Source: a virus
Length of the DNA stretch: 64,000 nt
IMG/VR virus record: IMGVR_UViG_3300020411_003715
Coordinates: 32,001-96,000 of that record
Direction: 5' to 3' (one strand)
Shown here: one piece after another, positions 17,286-25,567 of the stretch
How positions within the stretch are numbered: position 1 is the stretch's first letter
Layout: every line of letters starts with the position of its first letter
The notes under the pieces: generated by a model
Databases searched by the model: none
Told to the model about the DNA's origin: nothing
What the model saw: the letters and a program-made list of their open reading frames with translations, nothing else
Translations under genes and position numbers: made by a program

Positions 17286-17738
17286 TTAGCAGGCGTTGCC
17301 GCCGGCCACTTTGCCCGAGATGAAGATCTCATGCTCACCACTACCAAGCTTTTCGTTGATATTGGTGATCTCTACCGTCTGACCTGGGCCGACGCGCTTC
17401 TTAAAGGTAAAACCATCAACAGCCCAATCAAGGGTTACCATCAGGTCTGCCAATGATGTGTCAGCAGGAACCTGGACGCACCGGTCACTCTTACCGCTTC
17501 GGATGAGAGAGACCACAGCGTTAGTATCGCTGTCTACAGGCGTAGCGACCTGGACGTTCAACTTAGCGGCTTCGGCAGCCTCGATTGCCGCCTTGCTGTC
17601 TGACACCATCTTCTGGAGCGCGGAAAGGCGATCCATATCCTGCTGGCAGAAATCATCGGCCATGGACTTAAGGTGGTCATCTCGCTGAGTAACAGCCTGT
17701 GCAAGCTCTTCTTTGAGTCGTGCTAGATTATCCGACAT
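17286..17738 (-). CDS. Ubiquitin-like protein (N-terminal coiled coil plus beta-grasp) ending in GG-NAC
   Basis: Start MSDNL at 17738 (AGGAG SD); C-terminal ~75 aa alternate beta/alpha segments; ends EIFISGKVAGG-NAC*; first gene of the E2-JAB-E1 run. Confidence 0.75.
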   Translation of the reverse strand: MSDNLARLKEELAQAVTQRDDHLKSMADDFCQQDMDRLSALQKMVSDSKAAIEAAEAAKLNVQVATPVDSDTNAVVSLIRSGKSDRCVQVPADTSLADLMVTLDWAVDGFTFKKRVGPGQTVEITNINEKLGSGEHEIFISGKVAGGNAC

Positions 17739-18087
17739 TAACATTCTCCTCTTCTTCCCAGGAATATCCCGGAAAGGTTTCTTCAATCTTTTTCGTTAGT
17801 TCTTCTAGATTTCCTCCCGACCACCAGATTACCGATTTCTGGTCGAAGTCAACGCGCATAGCTCCGCCTTTTGATAGGTCGGGCTCTTCGCTAGCGTTCT
17901 TGTTTTCTGTTGTGGCAGAGGCTGAGAATTCTAGGCATTTAACGCCCCCTGCTACATTTGGTGCTGGACCAAAGTAGGCGGTGACGTACCATCCTTTGAA
18001 TTTTCTATTCTTTACTATCTTTTGTTTGCCGAGGACGGCGAACTGTTCTTCCATCTGATTGAGGTAATCAGAGCTTTGCTTATCCAT
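17728..18087 (-). CDS. Hypothetical protein upstream of Ubl
   Basis: 119 aa; overlaps the Ubl start region. Confidence 0.65.
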   Translation of the reverse strand: MDKQSSDYLNQMEEQFAVLGKQKIVKNRKFKGWYVTAYFGPAPNVAGGVKCLEFSASATTENKNASEEPDLSKGGAMRVDFDQKSVIWWSGGNLEELTKKIEETFPGYSWEEEENVNVG

Positions 18088-18139
18088 AACACTCCACGTA
18101 AGTTTTTTGACTACTGTGTTTGTGGAGATCTAGTGTGAT

Positions 18140-18811
18140 TCAGAGTGACAGTCTATTCTTTGAACGTTCGCGCTTAAGGAACCGTAGGTTTCTTTTGACG
18201 CTTCTGGAGTATCGGGCTGGTCGTCCACACTTTTTACAACGAGCCTCAGGGTTCTCAGCCAGCTTACACTTTTCAAGGCAGCGGGCTTTGACTTTTTCCC
18301 AACTAGGACCACCGTTGTAACAAGCGTATACCTTCTGCTTGCGACACCTCTTATATTTCTTTCGCATCAGCTGCATTATATGCACGCCCGCACGAACACT
18401 GTTTTCGACGGACATCATGTCCTTCTCACAGTCTTTTAAACCAAAGACTTTTTTCAGTCTTTTTCTGTGTATCCTGCAGTTCACCTGCATCAGGCCGTAG
18501 TCCCCAGTGTGACTAATCGCAGTTGGGGTAAGCCTTGACTCAACCAGGGCAATAGCTATGACTTCTAGTGGGTCCACACCCTCAGGGATATGGGGAACCA
18601 TCTGAGCAATAACCTTCATCTGTCGGTCAGAAATCTTTCGCGGGGGCTTCCGCCCACTACCGCTGTAACTCTGTCCGAGCGCAGTGCTCAAAATTGTAAG
18701 TAAGAAAAGGGACGTCAGTGATAGTATTAACTTAGTTTTCAAAATCTTGTCTCCACGCTCGAAATTAAAATTGGACGGCCAACCGGGAGGCGCAGAGATT
18801 ACTCCCCACAT
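18140..18811 (-). CDS. Lytic transglycosylase (SLT domain) with N-terminal signal/TM
   Basis: IAIALVES (catalytic Glu), GDYGLMQVN, CYNGG; probable start TTG near 18742. Confidence 0.8.
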   Translation of the reverse strand: MWGVISAPPGWPSNFNFERGDKILKTKLILSLTSLFLLTILSTALGQSYSGSGRKPPRKISDRQMKVIAQMVPHIPEGVDPLEVIAIALVESRLTPTAISHTGDYGLMQVNCRIHRKRLKKVFGLKDCEKDMMSVENSVRAGVHIMQLMRKKYKRCRKQKVYACYNGGPSWEKVKARCLEKCKLAENPEARCKKCGRPARYSRSVKRNLRFLKRERSKNRLSL

Positions 18812-19289
18812 CTCCCAGTTGTCCAGCCCTAAGGCCTTGTTTCGGCAGAAGGCTTGTCCTAGCCGGTCCTTGATTGTCTCCTCGGAGATCGAAGTCCCAT
18901 GAATATGCTTTGTCGATGTGTATAGGACCTAATCGGTCACGCACCACGTATCATATTCCGTCTTTCCGGGCTGTCATCCCGTCTCCACCCGTCTACACGG
19001 AAAACCGTGCAGGGAGCGACCGAACCGGGAGCGGTCGAGCGGTCCTAAACAGTTAACCTCAAGAAGCTCACGCGTAAGCTACTCGCTGCTAATAGTCTAG
19101 AAGCACTCAATAGTATTATACCCATACATTATTTATTTTTGCGCGGGCACAGAGGCTAGTATTACTCACTAATAATGTATCCTCTGCGAGACGCGGGGCT
19201 CTCCCCGGTGACCGTAAGATACATAGCAAGCGCCATACAAATTGACGCGAGGGCAACTAACAAACGAACATTATTCATAAAAGCTCCGT

Positions 19290-19574
19290 TTAGTCTAGCA
19301 CGCGAAGCCCCTCGTTACTTGAGTAAGCATTCGCGAAATCCACAATGCTTGTCCCCACAGCATCACTGTAGTAGCTGCCATCTAGAGTGCATAGGTGCCT
19401 GTGGATAATCCTCGCTGCTTCGATTAATTCAAGGCTTTTTGGGTCGTAGGTTCTGGTAAAGAACCCGTGATCTTCTAGAGTATTAAAGAACGCCTTTGCC
19501 CGCTCCCTCTTTCCGTCTGGCAGATCCCCCAGGTGACCGTAGACCTCAAAGTCTCTTTCTACACTTTCACTCAT
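19290..19574 (-). CDS. Hypothetical protein
   Basis: 94-aa ORF coupled to the upstream gene. Confidence 0.6.
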   Translation of the reverse strand: MSESVERDFEVYGHLGDLPDGKRERAKAFFNTLEDHGFFTRTYDPKSLELIEAARIIHRHLCTLDGSYYSDAVGTSIVDFANAYSSNEGLRVLD

Positions 19575-20298
19575 TTTCTTTCTCCCATTCGCGCTCAGCT
19601 TCTTTTAACATTTCCAGGTCATCCTCGCAGAACGCGTATACAAGCCTCCCCGTAGAGGTCTCGTCATCAGGGGCCCCGTCTGATCCCCGAACAAGCTCCC
19701 CATTTATATATTCTTTAAATCCCGCAAAGAACATCCCTAGCTCAGAGTACTCAAGGGTGAACACTAGGTCTGGGTAGAGCAGCGACGTTTCAGCAACCCA
19801 ACCCTCTGGAGGACTCCATGCCGTTTCAAACGAAAACTCCCAGTAGGTATCTTCATCCATTCGGGCCGCTGGGAGGTAGTCATTATGTAGGTCATCTACA
19901 GACACGTCCCACTTAGTTCCCCAGTTTTCAACACACCAACTGTACCAAGTCAGATGGCCATGGGTGTCCATATTGTGTTTGTATTGATCCGCCTTTTCTT
20001 TGGAAAAGCCGCGACCCTCTTTGGAGAAGTAGTCGATCAACTTCTCTCTGCAGTCTGGGTCCTCTTTAGTGATGCCGGAGGCAAGGACGTCCGCCCAGCC
20101 AAAGATGTACGAAGGGATCTCCCCGTAGTATATGTGATACATAAGCTCCTCGCTCCCAGCACTTACGGAGGTAAGCTCTTCCGGGGGAGGGAAGGTTGCG
20201 GAGAATATCTCTCCGTGCTTTTTTATCTTAGAAACAAGAAGGGCCAGCGTCTTTGCTGGCCCTGAGATTTTCACATTGTTTGTGCACCAATTAGGCAT
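19567..20298 (-). CDS. YubB/DUF1281 ferredoxin-like domain protein
   Basis: MPNWCTNNVKISG, WYSWCVENWGTKWD, FETAWSPP, LEYSELGMFFAG. Confidence 0.8.
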   Translation of the reverse strand: MPNWCTNNVKISGPAKTLALLVSKIKKHGEIFSATFPPPEELTSVSAGSEELMYHIYYGEIPSYIFGWADVLASGITKEDPDCREKLIDYFSKEGRGFSKEKADQYKHNMDTHGHLTWYSWCVENWGTKWDVSVDDLHNDYLPAARMDEDTYWEFSFETAWSPPEGWVAETSLLYPDLVFTLEYSELGMFFAGFKEYINGELVRGSDGAPDDETSTGRLVYAFCEDDLEMLKEAEREWEKENE

Positions 20299-20311
20299 AA
20301 GCCTCTCCTAG

Positions 20312-20524
20312 TTATGTTACTTCTTTGAACTTAATACTCCACAGCGTCTCCTGATCTCCCCCAGTAATATCTGAGATACGTATGCCATCATTATCTACGC
20401 TAACAACGATACGCTTGTTGTTTGTAGAGGACTCGCTTGGAAGAATATCTACCCGCTTACTATCGTGCGGCTTCCCGCTTTCACCCAGGTAGACTGTAAG
20501 AGGATTGTTTTCATAAGTACTCAT
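20312..20524 (-). CDS. Hypothetical protein
   Basis: Probable start MSTYENN with AGGA SD. Confidence 0.5.
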   Translation of the reverse strand: MSTYENNPLTVYLGESGKPHDSKRVDILPSESSTNNKRIVVSVDNDGIRISDITGGDQETLWSIKFKEVT

Positions 20525-20535
20525 TGAGAAATCCT

Positions 20536-21144
20536 TTAGTTGTGAAGGTCCACAGCCACAAGCCACTGCATTTCTGGCTCTTCTTTACATCTAGCATCTA
20601 CTCCGTTGCGCCAAACCCCGCCTTCTTCCCCGTCCAGAAATGGGGTGTCATACGTGTAGTCACCTTTAACAATTCTACACAGCTGTTCCATAGTCCAGGC
20701 AGCCATACTTTTATCACCGAGCGCATCCGGAGTTCTTGGAACTCTCTCCATAGCCATCACGCGCTTAAACGCATCTGCGTACTTATCATTCATTTCGTTA
20801 TTTCTTGCGACGTATGCTTCTTTATCAGAGATTGGTAACCCAAATACGTTATCCGTATCGGATACGTCTTCTAGGCTTATGTGCCTTCCTGTGATTCTAT
20901 CTTTTAGGTCGTTAAAGGTGCGGTCCATTCTCTCAAAGACAGCATCGATCGTCGCGCCCCATAGCTCCGGATTATCGCTATACCTGAGGGTGTTTTTTCC
21001 ACCCAGAGCACCATTCCACCTACCTCCAACATCGAACCAGTCCCAAACCCGCCCTTGACCATAGGGCTCTAGGGCGCTTTCTGCTGCCAAGATGGCATCC
21101 TCTTCATCCTCTGCAACTACCGCAATAATGTGTAATGTGTGCAT
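20536..21144 (-). CDS. Conserved phage hypothetical protein
   Basis: MHTLHIIAV..WDWFDVGGRWNG..WLVAVDLHN pattern seen in phage proteins. Confidence 0.7.
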   Translation of the reverse strand: MHTLHIIAVVAEDEEDAILAAESALEPYGQGRVWDWFDVGGRWNGALGGKNTLRYSDNPELWGATIDAVFERMDRTFNDLKDRITGRHISLEDVSDTDNVFGLPISDKEAYVARNNEMNDKYADAFKRVMAMERVPRTPDALGDKSMAAWTMEQLCRIVKGDYTYDTPFLDGEEGGVWRNGVDARCKEEPEMQWLVAVDLHN

Positions 21145-21320
21145 AAATTATTCTCCCGTTGTTGGGTACCACCGTGCGCAGGTCCTAAGGGCCTTGACGG
21201 CGGAAGCTATTTTTTCTTCGTCTGACCCCTCCGCTTTGCAGCAGAAGAGCAGGGCCTCTTTTATGGCCTCTATATGCTCCTTCCTGTTCAGGTTAAGCAT
21301 TGTTTCACTGTAGAAGTTAC

Positions 21321-21569
21321 TCACTTTTCCTCCACGACTATCACGTCAACTGGGTTGTGGGTCTCTATCCACACTTGGGCCCCACAACTTAAAGGTTTCT
21401 CAGGACGGTAAACAACACGCGCAACTTCGTTATCGTTGCTGTCGTACAGTATAGCCTCATGCCCGTAAACGTTCTGCTTGTAGGTTTTCACTGTAAGCAC
21501 GGGCTCACTTACCCCGTTCTTACGGTTGCTTTTTATTACATGCTGATTTACGTGTATGACCGTCTTCAA
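21321..21569 (-). CDS. Conserved phage hypothetical protein
   Basis: IHVNQHVIKSNRK..PVLTVKT..PLSCGAQVWIET pattern. Confidence 0.75.
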   Translation of the reverse strand: MKTVIHVNQHVIKSNRKNGVSEPVLTVKTYKQNVYGHEAILYDSNDNEVARVVYRPEKPLSCGAQVWIETHNPVDVIVVEEK

Positions 21570-21598
21570 CGCCTTAACCTTCCGGGCTTCAAACTTAT

Positions 21599-21675
21599 TG
21601 GCACCCCCTAGTGGACTCGAACCACTGACCCTCGGCTTAGAAGGCCGATGCTCTATCCAGCTGAGCTAAGGGGGC
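21599..21675 (-). tRNA. trnR: tRNA-Arg(TCT), CCA encoded
   Basis: GCCCCCTTAGCTCAGCTGGATAGAGCATCGGCCTTCTAAGCCGAGGGTCAGTGGTTCGAGTCCACTAGGGGGTGCCA cloverleaf. Confidence 0.95.
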
Positions 21676-21681
21676 TAAGTT

Positions 21682-22188
21682 TTATGAAGAGATCGCAGAT
21701 CTCGTTTTTGGGTTAGACAGGTCCAAGAACTTGACTTCGTTACTTAAGATCTTTGGCGTCCAACTTCCGTCAAGCTTCTCACTAAAAAAGCATAATGCAA
21801 CGTCTTTGCCACCTCGGTCCTTAAGCAGGTCAAAGGATCTCAGAAGAGCTGAGTCGTTAGACATGATAACGATTTTTTCGTGACTTGACATCGCCGCCAC
21901 AACTCCAAGCTCAACCGAAAAATTCGGCTTAGTGTTGAAGTCGTAAACGTTTAGCCCAACACCAAGTTCGCCCAGCCTTGTGAGAAACTTTGACTGAGAT
22001 TGGTTTTTGGGGTCAGCAATAGTGAAAGCCTGAATGTCTACTATCGATGTAGACGGATTATCACCGCTCTCAAACAACTCCGAAAAGGCTGTCGTTTTTA
22101 ACCAACCAACCAGCTTTTCGTAGTTTACGGTGATGTTCAGACCCCTTATCGCAAAATATAAAGAGCTGAGGTCGATACATACCAACAT
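21682..22188 (-). CDS. NYN/LabA (PIN-like) domain protein, apparently degenerate
   Basis: LVCIDLSSLY..NYEKL, KIVIMSNDSAL..LKDRGGKDV follow the NYN layout, but several acidic residues are replaced. Confidence 0.6.
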   Translation of the reverse strand: MLVCIDLSSLYFAIRGLNITVNYEKLVGWLKTTAFSELFESGDNPSTSIVDIQAFTIADPKNQSQSKFLTRLGELGVGLNVYDFNTKPNFSVELGVVAAMSSHEKIVIMSNDSALLRSFDLLKDRGGKDVALCFFSEKLDGSWTPKILSNEVKFLDLSNPKTRSAISS

Positions 22189-22229
22189 TAGTTTTTCCTC
22201 CTAGTACGATCAATAAAATTAATAATTTG

Positions 22230-22302
22230 TGAGCCGGGTGGGGTTCGAACCCACGACTTACGGATTAAAAGTCCGCTACTCTGCCAACTGAGTTACCGGC
22301 CC
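22230..22302 (-). tRNA. trnK: tRNA-Lys(TTT), CCA not encoded
   Basis: GGGCCGGTAACTCAGTTGGCAGAGTAGCGGACTTTTAATCCGTAAGTCGTGGGTTCGAACCCCACCCGGCTCA followed by CAA. Confidence 0.95.
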
Positions 22303-22340
22303 GATAGCGAATGGGGAGCAACAGGCCCCCCCATACGCTT

Positions 22341-22610
22341 TTACCCCGTTGTGAAGTTTATAGCTAGTTGTTGCTGAGGAGTTAACTCAAGCGTATAGGA
22401 CGAGCCGGAGGAAATGAGAGCATAAAGCTCATCTATTTCGAGGTTCGTATCTACTTGAGTATGGTCGCAAAGCGTTATCCTTCGGGCATTCTCGTAGTCC
22501 CTACTGGCATCCACACAAACAACAAAACTCGTTTCTATCAGAATGCTTTCTACGATTGGCTCATTAGCCAACCCCTTTTCGCCTACTATGGCGGGTATCT
22601 TTATCAGCAT
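22341..22610 (-). CDS. Hypothetical protein
   Basis: 89-aa ORF with GAGGAGG SD. Confidence 0.6.
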   Translation of the reverse strand: MLIKIPAIVGEKGLANEPIVESILIETSFVVCVDASRDYENARRITLCDHTQVDTNLEIDELYALISSGSSYTLELTPQQQLAINFTTG

Positions 22611-23183
22611 CTATCCGCCTTCCTCGCTTACGAGTTGGATCACTTTTCCGCCTTCCCCTCTTCCGGCTTCGATCCAACTGTGGATAGCGTTTGCGATTGA
22701 GTTGTACTGGAAACCTCTACCCATCTTCGGCTCGAAGCTTACGTCCAGATCCCGTGCGAGAGCATGGATGACGTCTAGTCCGTAGACAGCCTCCATCTCC
22801 TCAACAACCTTACCGTCTTTCCATATAGATAGTTTTGGATCCCAAGAAGAGATCTCCTCAAAACCCTGCTCGATAAGACTAGAAAAGACACCTTCAATCA
22901 TGTCCTCTATCGAGAAATTATCCAACATCGTCTTCAACGTATCGCCTTCGGCATAGCAGGTTTCTGCATATTCTCGGGCAACACCTTGGGCGACCTCTAG
23001 CGCTCTGTGGTTGCAGGTCTTTTTGCTCTTGTGGATCGACTTTATCTGGTCGACCACCTCTTGGGGCAGACCTACCTCCAAGTAAGTTGACGCCTCGAAC
23101 AGCGTGTGTCCATCACCGACGCCAATGATCTCTTTGATTGTTTTCGTGGGCAGCTTTTTCGCCCAACCCTTTTCGGCAGCCAT
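22611..23183 (-). CDS. Hypothetical protein
   Basis: 190 aa with GAAGGAGG SD. Confidence 0.65.
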   Translation of the reverse strand: MAAEKGWAKKLPTKTIKEIIGVGDGHTLFEASTYLEVGLPQEVVDQIKSIHKSKKTCNHRALEVAQGVAREYAETCYAEGDTLKTMLDNFSIEDMIEGVFSSLIEQGFEEISSWDPKLSIWKDGKVVEEMEAVYGLDVIHALARDLDVSFEPKMGRGFQYNSIANAIHSWIEAGRGEGGKVIQLVSEEGG

Positions 23184-23409
23184 AAGGCCCTCCTTCTGAA
23201 GTTATTTCATAATAATATTTGCCGTACGCGTTATGCCAACAGTACGGACAATGAGGTGTATCCAGCAGAAACACCTGTTTACAGTTCGAACATCTTGTTA
23301 CCAAGCTTATCTCTTTTGCTTGCAGACGTGGTAACCACACTTTGGGCAGGCCCTTATGGGCACCCCACGCTTTAACTTTGTTCGATACTTCTCGCCACAT
23401 TCGGGGCAA
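23113..23409 (-). CDS. Possible zinc-ribbon protein
   Basis: CSNC..CPYC; overlaps the downstream ORF, so extent is uncertain. Confidence 0.4.
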   Translation of the reverse strand: MPRMWREVSNKVKAWGAHKGLPKVWLPRLQAKEISLVTRCSNCKQVFLLDTPHCPYCWHNAYGKYYYEITSEGGPYGCRKGLGEKAAHENNQRDHWRR

Positions 23410-23485
23410 CTGATCGACACCACTTTTTTAGCCATAAGTTGGCGTAACCCTCCATAACCGAAATAAAAAATGAGACATCTGTTTA

Positions 23486-23718
23486 GCTACTCTCTACGAC
23501 CGTCGAACAGATTTACTGGACAGCGGCGCTCCCCCATGCCTCCCTGCGGGTGCTCACGGAAAGAGGTAGTGCTGGTGGATTTTCCCAAATGCCGCCACCG
23601 AACAGCTTTTGGGGCTGCCCCGAAAGGGGTCGCGATAGCGGGGCGCGAGCACTATGTCTTTCCGGAATCTGGTAGATCATAGGGAGAGTATACGTCAGTA
23701 AATCAATCTTGTGGTAGC
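23486..23718 (+). ncRNA. Candidate structured ncRNA (6S-like architecture, unassigned)
   Basis: Nested stems: GATTTACTG/CAGTAAATC, CTCCCT/AGGGAG, CGGAAAGA/TCTTTCCG, GTAGTGCT/AGCACTAT; inner hairpins include CCCC-GAAA-GGGG. Confidence 0.6.
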
Positions 23719-23784
23719 AGTTAATATACGCGCTTAAAATTATTCCCCCAGAGCCCTTAAAAGGGGTGGGGGAATTGATTGTAT

Positions 23785-23861
23785 TGGTGGACCCTCTCGG
23801 ACTTGAACCGAGGACCTACCGGTTATGAGCCGGGGGCTCTGACCAACTGAGCTAAGGGTCC
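23785..23861 (-). tRNA. trnI: tRNA-Ile2(CAT, lysidine type), CCA encoded
   Basis: GGACCCTTAGCTCAGTTGGTCAGAGCCCCCGGCTCATAACCGGTAGG...GGGTCCACCA; G1-C72 pair and GGACCCT-TAGCTCAG 5' end resemble Ile2, not initiator Met. Confidence 0.8.
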
Positions 23862-23871
23862 GATAAGTGGG

Positions 23872-24279
23872 TTATATGAAATCCAATCCTGATTTGTAGA
23901 ACCTCAGGATGGAAATGTTTGGGGCGTAGGGTCCGCCCCTAAGGCGGTGGTCCTTAAACTTGAAGCGCTGCCAGCGTGCGTATCGGTCACCCAAACGGTT
24001 TGCTCTGGCGTCCAGAATGTCTGAGGACACCTTAATGGCGTGCCTTGATTCCAAGTAGGCAACAATCGCTTCCTGGTGCTCCCTAAGCGCTTGCATACAG
24101 ACTCTGCTTACGATTCCCTGGGCAGAATAGTAAAGATCGGAAAGCTCCGATTCTTCTGGCATGTAGTTCCCGTCGAACTCCAGAACAATGTCTTTGTTAA
24201 CGCTGACCTCTAGCTTCACAGGCATAGCGGTGTCTTCGCTGCACCCAATCTGATTCTCCAGACTCAGTTCTTCTTTCAT
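23872..24279 (-). CDS. Hypothetical protein
   Basis: 135-aa ORF between tRNA genes. Confidence 0.55.
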   Translation of the reverse strand: MKEELSLENQIGCSEDTAMPVKLEVSVNKDIVLEFDGNYMPEESELSDLYYSAQGIVSRVCMQALREHQEAIVAYLESRHAIKVSSDILDARANRLGDRYARWQRFKFKDHRLRGGPYAPNISILRFYKSGLDFI

Positions 24280-24322
24280 GGTCTTGCCATAAATTCCTCT
24301 CGACAGTTGTCAAGAGAGCAGG

Positions 24323-24409
24323 TGGTGGGGCTGGAGGGACTCGAACCCTCAATCCCAAGTGGGCGACAGATTTTAAGTCTGTTGCGTATACCAGTTCCGC
24401 CACAGCCCC
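24323..24409 (-). tRNA. trnL: tRNA-Leu(TAA), CCA encoded
   Basis: GGGGCTGTGGCGGAACTGGTATACGCAACAGACTTAAAATCTGTCGCCCACTTGGGATTGAGGGTTCGAGTCCCTCCAGCCCCACCA; long variable arm. Confidence 0.95.
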
Positions 24410-24418
24410 CAAGGACTA

Positions 24419-24775
24419 CTAGTTGAGCAGATCCTTGTCCATGTTCTTATATGCGGCGTAGGCCATAAGCTCTTCTTTTGTTAACCCGTGAGGGTTGCTT
24501 ACGGGAGCTTCCTTCATCTCAATGATTGCGTCTTTTAGCATCTCTAATTTCTGGTTGTGGTCTTCTAGGGTCGTACACACAAAAGCCAGCAGGGACGATA
24601 TTGACGGGTAATCTGAACTAAACTTTTTTGAGTCTCGAAGCTGGGCTTCGAGTCCCTCTATCATAGGGAGGATAGACTCACGTATGTCCTCATCCTCTTC
24701 TGCACGCTCTCGAATGAATTCCCCGAAGTGCTCGATTATCTGGAGCAGATCAGGTGCTTCTTTGTTCTTTGCCAT
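24419..24775 (-). CDS. Hypothetical coiled-coil protein
   Basis: AAGGAG SD; 118 aa. Confidence 0.65.
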   Translation of the reverse strand: MAKNKEAPDLLQIIEHFGEFIRERAEEDEDIRESILPMIEGLEAQLRDSKKFSSDYPSISSLLAFVCTTLEDHNQKLEMLKDAIIEMKEAPVSNPHGLTKEELMAYAAYKNMDKDLLN

Positions 24776-24908
24776 AGGGCAACTCCTTTTCCTAAGGGTT
24801 GGTTACGCTTGGATACTCAGACACTAACAGCTACTGGATTAAAATTGATAGCAGCTACAGACGGGTCCGACAAAGTGCTTATACCCCATAAGAAGTCATG
24901 ATTGCGCT

Positions 24909-25289
24909 CTAGAACTCGTCGTCCGATTCGGGCGGAACACGACCCTCGCACAGGGCGGTGTACTCTTTGTAAACATGGTTCCGAGCCTCTTCCGATCTAG
25001 GGCCTTCAAATATAAGCTCAAGCGCCATAGACGACAACATATGAACATAACAGCCACAGTTTGCCGAACATGGGAAGTTTTCTTTGCTTAGATTGTCTTG
25101 GCAATCCTTGTCAAATGAACCCCGATATTTCGTGGCCATATTCATACAAGCAATTGTGACCACCAAATCCTGTATGGCCGTTTCAGGGATCTCCAGAAGA
25201 GAAGCTATCTTCTCTTTCTGATTAACCCGGTCCATGGGAAACGGTATCACGTTCCCAAAACACCCGTCTTCGTTTTTATCGTCAGACAT
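24909..25289 (-). CDS. Hypothetical protein
   Basis: 126 aa; NVIPFP motif; Cys cluster. Confidence 0.6.
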   Translation of the reverse strand: MSDDKNEDGCFGNVIPFPMDRVNQKEKIASLLEIPETAIQDLVVTIACMNMATKYRGSFDKDCQDNLSKENFPCSANCGCYVHMLSSMALELIFEGPRSEEARNHVYKEYTALCEGRVPPESDDEF

Positions 25290-25567
25290 TTCAATAACCT
25301 AGATGCCCCCCGGCGGACACGTAAGGATAGAGACACATTCTAACCCTAACCCTGGGGCGGTAAAAGCACCACGTATTACGATGTAATAAGCAATACAGGA
25401 TGTATATAAATAATTACCAAGATGTGGCCAAAAAAGTAAGCACTTACGGGCACATACAACACCCTGTATATCAAAGAGTAAACCTGTAGAGTCTGCGGGT
25501 AATTATGGTTCCTTTGTTGGTATAAGCTTTTTGCGGAATCCCCCGCACGCCACCACCTAAGGAGTTT

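Noticed and set aside
23470-23682. 70-aa CDS over the structured RNA region
   Set aside because: No SD, it opposes the local gene direction and has no motifs; extensive nested base pairing explains the region better.
23785-23861. tRNA-Met (initiator or elongator)
   Set aside because: It has a paired 1-72 position and no three consecutive G-C pairs in the anticodon stem, and its 5' end resembles bacterial Ile2. Elongator Met is not fully excluded without tRNAscan-SE isotype models.
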